From: Salinivirgaceae bacterium
GTDB lineage: Bacteria; Bacteroidota; Bacteroidia; Bacteroidales; SZUA-534
Direction: 5' to 3'
Assembly (NCBI GenBank): GCA_024405635.1
Contig: JAKSOL010000022.1
Coordinates: 1-53,058, forward strand
DNA length: 53,058 nucleotides
Shown: positions 1 through 7,383 of the stretch, in pieces
How the letters are laid out: each line of letters begins with the position of its first letter
How positions within the stretch are numbered: position 1 is the stretch's first letter
Notes under the pieces: model-generated
The model's database searches: none
The model's input: the letters and a program-made list of their open reading frames with translations, nothing else
What the model was told of the DNA's origin: nothing
Made by a program: the position numbers and the translations under genes

Positions 1-70
1 AAATATATGCCATAAAAATATATGCCATAAAAATATATGCCATAAAAATATATGCCATAAAAATATATGC
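1..70. repeat. Perfect 15-bp tandem repeat (AAATATATGCCATAA) x4.7, cut by the window edge
   Basis: Unit is exact at 1-15, 16-30, 31-45 and 46-60, with a partial copy at 61-70; no spacers. Confidence 0.97.
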
Positions 71-442
71 AAATCATCTAAATATCTAAACCGTTTTTCT
101 ACTTTTACCGCATCACCATTCTTCATAAACAACCCAAAACCAACCCGCCAAGTTGAGTATGAACTTGAGTGACAGATGTAAAAAAGCAGAAAACGGTATT
201 CTGAGTTTGTTTTTGCAAGCAAAGCAATAGCCACCCACGTTTTTGTTTTTATATCTCTTGTTTAAATTTTTAACCAGCTACTTGGGTGCTTAGCGCAACA
301 CCGTTTTTGTACAAAACAGAAAGAACCAACTATGCAGAGCCATTGACCAACAAGGTTGGAGAAAATGGGGAAACAAAACTTAAAGAGGAGAACGAGCAAG
401 CCTTAAGTTGCTCGAAAAACAAAAAACTATACAATAAACAGT

Positions 443-2170
443 ATGAAAAACAAACTATGGTTGCTATGCTTACCTTTGCTATGCGTAAGTTGTAGCGACG
501 ACGAAGTTATTACACCTACTTCAACCGAAACGCAAGAAGTGCCAGTTGCAAATGTTGTTTGCACAATAGGCAAAAAAATTGACGACCCATACAATATAGA
601 TAACATGCGAAAAGCATATCGAAAGTTGTATGCAAGCAACAATGGAGTAACCCACGAATCGGAAATACAACCAACGCACAAGTATTTAAGATTCCTGCCA
701 AAAGACGAAGAAGAATACAACATGCTGCGAAACGACACAACTATTGAATGGTTTGACTATCCATTGCACTATGAAGCACCCGATGGAATGGGCTCATATC
801 ATGACCCAGCAATTCCAGCCGACAAACCAACCTATCAATATTGTGTTTTGCCAATCGACAAAGCAGAGCCAAACGTTTATTATGAGCTGATATACGAGTG
901 CTATTTCCCTGATACTGAAGAAAAAGAAAACGATGGTAAACTATATGCCGCCAAGAAACACAGTGTAAAATTTAATCAATCGCTGGAATTAGAGGCACTG
1001 AAACTTACCAACCATTTACCACAAAACTATACACTTGATTCTTTGAACGCACTTGAAGCATCAAGGTTTACACCGTATGGATACATAATGTTGTATGACA
1101 ACTATTTAAAAAGAGAAGTGCCCTTACGTCATGTTAAAGTAAAGATACAAACTGCTACACGGTATGAAACATTGTGGACCGATAAGAATGGATACTATAA
1201 ATCGAAAAACAATTATCAGTTAAAGGCGAGTCGAAAAGTGGTTTGGGAAGCAAGTGAATGGGATATTAGAGATGGAGCCACATCGCAGGCAAGTTATACA
1301 TCATCCTCAAGTAAAAACGAGCGATGGGATTGGCATATTAGCGACACATGCAAAAACAAACCTCATTGCCATTATGCTTATACACATAGGGCTTTGATGC
1401 AAACCATTGACAGAGGAAATGAGCATTTAGATTTGCCAGATTTTGGAGGCAAACTAAAGATAAGGGTGATAGATGATAAAAATCCAGAGAAAGATTTGGG
1501 TACAACTAAAGCTAGGCGAATTAGATGGGGCGAATGGAGTATTGGTTCCGATATTAAGCTGTGGACATATTATGATGGCTCGAATCCCAAAAGTAGAGTC
1601 GATCCAGTGGAATTTATTTCAACGACATGCCATGAACTAGGACATGCGATACATGCAAGTAAAGTTAGTAAAGATGTTTTTAAAGCTCAACGTTGCGATA
1701 TAACCGAGGCCTGGGCTGAGTTGATAGGTTGGTATATGACCCGAGCTGAATACAATTACTATTATTCGGAGTTCCCTAATGATGGGTATTCGTATTTGTC
1801 TGAAACTGATTTTTATCCTAATAGGATAATGATAGGGTGGCCATATGATTATACAAAGGATTCTACTGATATTAATTATAGTCCAGTGTTTGTTGACTTA
1901 ATGGATGAGATTAATCAGCAGAAAAGTTATATCTTAACTTATTCAATCTACACATCTAATAACTTAACTTCTTCATACTATTTATGCAGACCTAATGATA
2001 ATGTTAGTTTTTATCTCTTAAAAGAGATTCAAGAAATGGTAGAAAATGGTGTAACTTCATACAAAGATATTTACGATTGGGTACTTAAAAAACCTAAGAA
2101 GAATAAAAAAGAAGATATTGATGAATTATTTAAAACTTATATAAAATTTAATAATCCTAAAAAATATTAA
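443..2170 (+). CDS. Lipoprotein with C-terminal gluzincin-type zinc metallopeptidase domain
   Basis: Lipobox LLCVS-C followed by acidic SDDE; HELGH at nt 1631-1645 plus downstream TEAWAE third-ligand motif; 575 aa. Confidence 0.8.
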   Translation: MKNKLWLLCLPLLCVSCSDDEVITPTSTETQEVPVANVVCTIGKKIDDPYNIDNMRKAYRKLYASNNGVTHESEIQPTHKYLRFLPKDEEEYNMLRNDTTIEWFDYPLHYEAPDGMGSYHDPAIPADKPTYQYCVLPIDKAEPNVYYELIYECYFPDTEEKENDGKLYAAKKHSVKFNQSLELEALKLTNHLPQNYTLDSLNALEASRFTPYGYIMLYDNYLKREVPLRHVKVKIQTATRYETLWTDKNGYYKSKNNYQLKASRKVVWEASEWDIRDGATSQASYTSSSSKNERWDWHISDTCKNKPHCHYAYTHRALMQTIDRGNEHLDLPDFGGKLKIRVIDDKNPEKDLGTTKARRIRWGEWSIGSDIKLWTYYDGSNPKSRVDPVEFISTTCHELGHAIHASKVSKDVFKAQRCDITEAWAELIGWYMTRAEYNYYYSEFPNDGYSYLSETDFYPNRIMIGWPYDYTKDSTDINYSPVFVDLMDEINQQKSYILTYSIYTSNNLTSSYYLCRPNDNVSFYLLKEIQEMVENGVTSYKDIYDWVLKKPKKNKKEDIDELFKTYIKFNNPKKY

Positions 2171-2172
2171 GT

Positions 2173-2610
2173 ATGAGATTCAGATTACTTTGTATAATAT
2201 CATTATTCTTATTGATATTAGCATCTTGTGATAATAAATGGGAGGATGTAGGTAATGGAGAGGTTGCTAAACCAATTATATATACCTATGACACAACTAT
2301 TCAGATACGATATTATATTGAAGGAAAAAGTTTTGAAGAAAAATATCCGTTTAAGGAATTATGTAAAAACACAAGTAATGTTGAAACTTTACCTATTTTC
2401 TTTCAAATAGATTCTGCCATTGTTTTCAACCAAGATAAAGATTCAGTAAAATGTATTAAAGGGGATAATGACACAAGGAATATTTTACTAGAAAAAAACT
2501 ATACTAAGTCTATAATATGGAATCCTTCTAAAACAACTATAGTAGAATATGCCATTGAAAATTCGTATTTCTCTGATAGCAATTACGTAAATCCATTGAT
2601 TCAATACTAG
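2173..2610 (+). CDS. Small hypothetical lipoprotein
   Basis: Lipobox LILAS-C followed by DNKWED; starts 2 bp after the upstream stop; very AT-rich; 145 aa. Confidence 0.8.
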   Translation: MRFRLLCIISLFLLILASCDNKWEDVGNGEVAKPIIYTYDTTIQIRYYIEGKSFEEKYPFKELCKNTSNVETLPIFFQIDSAIVFNQDKDSVKCIKGDNDTRNILLEKNYTKSIIWNPSKTTIVEYAIENSYFSDSNYVNPLIQY

Positions 2611-2634
2611 CAACATTGTTTTAATACAAATAAC

Positions 2635-2672
2635 CGCCAGCAACCAAGCAAAATTGAGGTTGTTGGCGTTTT
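2635..2672 (+). terminator. Intrinsic terminator of the lipoprotein pair
   Basis: CGCCAGCAACC / GGTTGTTGGCG 11-bp stem (one G-U) followed by TTTT. Confidence 0.6.
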
Positions 2673-2744
2673 GCATCAGTTACATGCGTTTAATTGTTAA
2701 TAACTTGCTATGAGTGGACAGAAAAATTGCCAACATTAGCAGTG

Positions 2745-2843
2745 AAATTTGAGAAAAAAGCAACTCAAGCAAAAACGTAAGTGCTTAAAACATTGGCAAA
2801 TAGCAGTAAAAGGTTAATTTTTCAACAAATTTGAGAAAAAAGC
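2745..2843. repeat. Exact 17-bp direct repeat AAATTTGAGAAAAAAGC (2745-2761 and 2827-2843)
   Basis: Two identical copies 82 bp apart, upstream of the rplU promoter. Confidence 0.85.
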
Positions 2844-2876
2844 GCAGCATAGTGTTGTTAGTTGTGCAAAGTTTCA

Positions 2877-2884
2877 TACTTTTG
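2877..2884 (+). promoter_or_regulatory. Bacteroidota -7 promoter element for rplU-rpmA
   Basis: TACTTTTG matches TAnnTTTG, 37 bp before the ATG. Confidence 0.65.
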
Positions 2885-2921
2885 CAGTCCAAAGTTGTAA
2901 AAAACAAAAAGCATAGTTTAT

Positions 2922-3233
2922 ATGTACGCAATAGTAGAAATCGCAGGTCAACAATTTAAAGTTGAGAAAGACTCAAAAGTATTCGTGCATCGTTTAGATG
3001 CAGAAGAAGGTGCCGTTGTTGATTTTGACAAAGTGTTGTTGGTAGACAACGAAGGCACAGTGAAAGTAGGAAAACCAGTTGTTGAAGGTGCAAAAGTATC
3101 AGCAAAAGTACTTGGCAACGTTCAAGGCGACAAGGTATGGGTATTCAAGAAATTGCGCCGCAAAGGCTATCAAAAAATGAACGGTCACCGTCAGCAATTC
3201 ACCCAAATTCAAATTGAAAACATAATTGCTTAA
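2922..3233 (+). CDS. rplU: 50S ribosomal protein L21
   Basis: [14 protein letters not shown]...GHRQQFT signature; adjacent to L27. Confidence 0.99.
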   Translation: MYAIVEIAGQQFKVEKDSKVFVHRLDAEEGAVVDFDKVLLVDNEGTVKVGKPVVEGAKVSAKVLGNVQGDKVWVFKKLRRKGYQKMNGHRQQFTQIQIENIIA

Positions 3234-3245
3234 AAACTTAAAGTT

Positions 3246-3500
3246 ATGGCACATAAGAAAGGTGTTGGTAGTTCAAAGAACGGTCGTGAGTCAGAGAGCA
3301 AACGACTAGGAGTAAAAATATTTGGTGGTCAAAAAGCTGTTGCTGGTAACATTCTTGTTCGCCAACGCGGTACTCAACACCACCCAGGAAACAATGTTGG
3401 TCTTGGTAAAGATCACACCCTGTTTGCTTTGGTTGACGGAACTGTTTCGTTTGCCAAGAAAAAAGATAACAGATCATACGTATCTGTTATTCCTGAATAG
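3246..3500 (+). CDS. rpmA: 50S ribosomal protein L27
   Basis: [24 protein letters not shown] signature. Confidence 0.99.
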   Translation: MAHKKGVGSSKNGRESESKRLGVKIFGGQKAVAGNILVRQRGTQHHPGNNVGLGKDHTLFALVDGTVSFAKKKDNRSYVSVIPE

Positions 3501-3522
3501 TAACTAATCTTACAAAATAAGG

Positions 3523-3558
3523 AAAGAGGGTGCCTCGTATTGGGCAACCTCTTTTTTT
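3523..3558 (+). terminator. Intrinsic terminator after rpmA
   Basis: AAAGAGGGTGCC...GGCAACCTCTTT stem followed by a T-tract. Confidence 0.8.
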
Positions 3559-3581
3559 GTTTTTTGAAAAAATATTAAATT

Positions 3582-4859
3582 ATGCTTACCCTAAAATTCA
3601 TTCAAGAAAATCGCGATGCGGTTATCAATGGTTTGAAGATTAAAAACTTTGATGCTGAACCTTATGTTAACCAAATTTTGGCTAAAGATGAGGAACGTCG
3701 CAAAACCCAATTGGAACAAGACAACATTTTGGCCAACATTAACAAAATTTCAAAAGAGGTTGGCATTTTGTTTAAAGAAGGTAAGGCTGACGAGGCCAAT
3801 GCGCTTAAAGAGCAAAGTATTAAACTGAAAGAAGACCAAAAAGTTCTTGGTACTAAACTAGAGGCCATTGAAAAAGAGTTGAACGAGATTTTGGTTAAGT
3901 TGCCTAACTTGCCTTATAAACTTGTTAAACCAGGTAAAGGTGCCGACGACAACGAAATTGTGAAACTTGTTGACGACAAAATTCCTCATCTTCCTACCGA
4001 TGCTCTTCCTCACTGGGAATTGGCTAAAAAGTATGACCTTATCGACTTTGAATTGGGAGTTAAAATTACAGGTGCGGGTTTCCCTGTTTACAAAGGAAAA
4101 GGTGCAAAATTGCAACGTGCGCTTATTAATTTTTTCCTTGCTGAAAACGAAAAAGCTGGTTTCCTTGAAATTCAACCTCCTTACGTTGTAAACGAGGATT
4201 CGGGTTATGGAACCGGTCAATTGCCCGACAAAGAGGGTCAAATGTACCACTGCAACTTGGACAACTTGTATCTTATTCCAACAGCTGAGGTGCCTGTTAC
4301 AAACCTTTATCGCGATGTAATTGTATCAGAAAAAGATTTTCCAATAAAAAATACAGCATATTCGGCATGTTTCCGTCGTGAGGCTGGTTCGTACGGAAAA
4401 GATGTTCGTGGTTTGAACCGTTTGCATCAATTTGACAAGGTTGAGATTGTTTGCATTGAGCATCCTTCGCGCTCGTACGAGACTTTGGACATGATGGTAG
4501 CTCATGTTGAGTCGTTGGTACAAAAATTGGGTTTGCCTTACCGTATTCTTCGTTTGTGTGGTGGCGATATGAGTTTTACTTCGGCTATGACTTATGATTT
4601 TGAAGTTTACTCTGCTGCTCAACAACGCTGGTTGGAGGTTAGTTCGGTTTCAAACTTTGAAACATTCCAAGCTAACCGCTTGAAATTGCGTTACAAAGAT
4701 GAGGCTACTAAAAAGACTCAGTTGGCACATACTCTTAATGGTAGTTCGCTTGCTTTGCCTCGCATTGTTGCAGCTTTGCTTGAAAATAACCAAACACCTG
4801 AGGGTATTAAGATTCCTGAGTGCTTGCAAGCATTTATGGGAACCGACATTATTAAATAA
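3582..4859 (+). CDS. serS: Seryl-tRNA synthetase
   Basis: PTAEVP, FRREAGSYG, RLHQFDKVE, EVSSVSN and HTLNGS motifs. Confidence 0.99.
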   Translation: MLTLKFIQENRDAVINGLKIKNFDAEPYVNQILAKDEERRKTQLEQDNILANINKISKEVGILFKEGKADEANALKEQSIKLKEDQKVLGTKLEAIEKELNEILVKLPNLPYKLVKPGKGADDNEIVKLVDDKIPHLPTDALPHWELAKKYDLIDFELGVKITGAGFPVYKGKGAKLQRALINFFLAENEKAGFLEIQPPYVVNEDSGYGTGQLPDKEGQMYHCNLDNLYLIPTAEVPVTNLYRDVIVSEKDFPIKNTAYSACFRREAGSYGKDVRGLNRLHQFDKVEIVCIEHPSRSYETLDMMVAHVESLVQKLGLPYRILRLCGGDMSFTSAMTYDFEVYSAAQQRWLEVSSVSNFETFQANRLKLRYKDEATKKTQLAHTLNGSSLALPRIVAALLENNQTPEGIKIPECLQAFMGTDIIK

Positions 4860-4895
4860 TTGGCAAATAAACGGTTAATTAGTTAATATAAAATT

Positions 4896-4924
4896 AAGCC
4901 CAGCCTTATTGGCTGGGTTTTTTT
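4896..4924 (+). terminator. Intrinsic terminator after serS
   Basis: AAGCCCAGCC-ttatt-GGCTGGGTTT followed by TTTT. Confidence 0.85.
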
Positions 4925-5037
4925 GTTCATAGTTTGTCATATTTTAGAAAAGCTACAAATGATATACGCGAAAAGTAAACAGACATTTTTGCAACAAACT
5001 AGCTACCGAGTATCTTTGACGCACAAAACCTAATACT

Positions 5038-6285
5038 ATGTATATTCTGATAATCATTTCGTTGCTATGTGCAGCATTCTTTTCAAGCATCGAGGTTGCT
5101 TATGCCTCTGCAAACCGTCTGCGCATTGAGATTGACAAAAAACAATATCAGCACTATTCTGGCATCATTGATATTTTTTTGCAAAATCCGTCACGCTTTT
5201 ATGCAACTGTTAATGTAGGCAATGTATTGTCGGCATGCTTGTTAACATATGCCACATGCGAGTTGTATGATAGGTGCTTTAATTATACGGGCGGAATTTA
5301 CACTCAAGTATTTTCGGTTTTTGGAGTAGCAGCAGGAGCATATATTTTAATAGGCGTGTTGTTTCCTCGATTGTTTGCGCAACACGAGAATGTTAACTTA
5401 TTGCGTCTGTTTTCGGTCCCAATGTTGGTTTTCTACTACTTGTTTTTTCCTATTTATAAGTTGTTGTTTTTGATTGCCAAAATGTTGGTTAACATGTTCA
5501 GTCGCAAGTGTGTAAAAACAAATAAGGCAGAGTATTGGGGTATGGTAGATTGGGAAGAATTGGCCGATAATAATCAACAAGCCACAACCGACGAACCAAG
5601 CAACGACATTAAAATTTTGCAAAATGCGCTTGATTTTTCAAACGTAAAAGTGCGCGAGTGCATGGTTCCGCGACCTGAAATTGTAGGCATTTCAGCCAAC
5701 GATAGCATTGACAATTTGCGTAGGAAGTTTATAGAGTCAGGATTGTCAAAAATAATTGTGTATGGAGCCGATATTGACCATGTTGTGGGCTTTGCTCCAT
5801 CTATTTCACTATTTCATAAACCCACTAACATTAGTGCTATTACACGCGAGTTGCCTATTGTTCCCGAAACAATGACAGCAAACCGTTTGCTAACACTATT
5901 TATTCAAAATCACCGCAGTATAGCTTTAGTAGTTGATGAGTTTGGTGGAACTTCGGGCATTGTTACTATGGAAGATATTTTGGAGGAGATTGTGGGCGAT
6001 ATTCAAGATGAGTACGACAAAAAACGATATCGCGAAACAAAACTATCCGACAATCATTTCCAATTTTCGGCCCGTCTTGAAATTGACTACATAAATGAAA
6101 AATACGACCTTAATCTGCCCACTTCTGATGAGTATGAAACCATAGCTGGTTTAATTTTAGCACACTACGGTAATATTCCTAAAACCAAAGACGTAATCAA
6201 CATAAAAGGTTTTAAACTAACCATTTTGCGTGCATCATCAACCAAAATAGAGTTGGTTGACGTTGTACGTGTTGATGAAGAATAG
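5038..6285 (+). CDS. Hemolysin family / CNNM-CBS-CorC domain membrane protein
   Basis: N-terminal AFFSSIE transmembrane domain, VRECMVPR, VVDEFGGTSGIVTMEDILEEIVGDIQDEYD and C-terminal YETIAG; own TATCTTTG element at 5011-5018. Confidence 0.93.
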   Translation: MYILIIISLLCAAFFSSIEVAYASANRLRIEIDKKQYQHYSGIIDIFLQNPSRFYATVNVGNVLSACLLTYATCELYDRCFNYTGGIYTQVFSVFGVAAGAYILIGVLFPRLFAQHENVNLLRLFSVPMLVFYYLFFPIYKLLFLIAKMLVNMFSRKCVKTNKAEYWGMVDWEELADNNQQATTDEPSNDIKILQNALDFSNVKVRECMVPRPEIVGISANDSIDNLRRKFIESGLSKIIVYGADIDHVVGFAPSISLFHKPTNISAITRELPIVPETMTANRLLTLFIQNHRSIALVVDEFGGTSGIVTMEDILEEIVGDIQDEYDKKRYRETKLSDNHFQFSARLEIDYINEKYDLNLPTSDEYETIAGLILAHYGNIPKTKDVINIKGFKLTILRASSTKIELVDVVRVDEE

Positions 6286-6287
6286 TC

Positions 6288-7352
6288 TTATTTGTCAAGT
6301 ATAATGTTATTGTTTACAGGGTCGCGAAAGTAAGCAATAGCAAAGTCGAAATAATTTTGCGAGTTAATGTAAAGCGATGCAATATCGGAAGTTAAGATAT
6401 TGAAGCGTTTGTCGGAAATAGGATTGATAATAGGACTTACAATAAATTTTGGCGATGCCGATTGAACAAGGTCAATGTTCTTTTCCAAAAATTTGGTAAG
6501 TGCTATGTTTGGTAAGTCAAACACAACATTTATGCTACCGCGCTCAAGTAACGAAAGTTCTTTTTGACTTGAAGTTATAAAACTGAATTGAATAGTGTCA
6601 ATGTAAGGTAATTGGTCGTTGTGTAAGTGGCGATAGTAGTTTGGATTATAAGTAAGAGTAACTGTTTTGCCTGGTTGTTTTGAGTATTGCAGATAATAAG
6701 CGCCCGAACCAACAGTGCCGTTTATGCCATAAGTGTTGTATGCTTCGGGGGCAAAAACAAGTGCATTTACTCCAGCAAGGTAGTGCAAAAACAATTCATC
6801 AGGCTTTTTAAGTGTAATAGTTAGTACACTATCCGATAGAGCTTTAATGCCATCAATGCAAGCTGTGTCGTTGTTTTTTGCAATTGCTATAAAGTTGTCG
6901 CTGCCAATAATGTTTTCAATTTGGCGCGATGCTGTGTAGCCATTAGCCATTTTATGTCGGCAAATCTGTTCAATTGAGTATTTAACATCTTTTGCTATAA
7001 TGCGGCGGCCTTTGCCGTTAGCAAAACATATGTCGTTGTGAAAATAAGCATTGCTATTTAGCAAAAATGAGTAGGTTAAGCCGTCGGGCGAAACAGAAAA
7101 ACTTTTGGCCAACGATGGTATAATATTCAGAGTGCGAGGATTATAGCGTACCAAGCCGTCAAAAACTTGGGTAACAATAATCTGTTCGCTACGCTTTTCA
7201 ATTTGGCCAGGAAAAATAGTGTGCGGAATGTCGTTGATATTCATTCGTAGTGTGCCACCATATTTTTCGCCGTTACGTATGTTTTGTTTTTGGCATCCGC
7301 ATAGCACTAATCCAGCCAATGCCAATACTGAAATTAAAAGGCCTTTTTTCAT
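6288..7352 (-). CDS. Family-5 (OppA/DppA-like) solute-binding lipoprotein, unusually short
   Basis: Lipobox LCG-C; VFDGLV, IPSLAKSFSVSPDGLTYSF, VGSGAY, NPNYY and LPYIDTI motifs; only 354 aa. Confidence 0.8.
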   Translation of the reverse strand: MKKGLLISVLALAGLVLCGCQKQNIRNGEKYGGTLRMNINDIPHTIFPGQIEKRSEQIIVTQVFDGLVRYNPRTLNIIPSLAKSFSVSPDGLTYSFLLNSNAYFHNDICFANGKGRRIIAKDVKYSIEQICRHKMANGYTASRQIENIIGSDNFIAIAKNNDTACIDGIKALSDSVLTITLKKPDELFLHYLAGVNALVFAPEAYNTYGINGTVGSGAYYLQYSKQPGKTVTLTYNPNYYRHLHNDQLPYIDTIQFSFITSSQKELSLLERGSINVVFDLPNIALTKFLEKNIDLVQSASPKFIVSPIINPISDKRFNILTSDIASLYINSQNYFDFAIAYFRDPVNNNIILDK

Positions 7353-7383
7353 TGTATTAACAAAAGTTTTTCAAGGTTATTAG

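Noticed and set aside
1-70. CRISPR array
   Set aside because: Units are 15 bp and contiguous, with no spacers; no cas genes.
286-740. Short ORFs 286-495, 427-738 and 516-740
   Set aside because: They overlap or are antisense to the well-supported lipoprotein gene and have no motifs.
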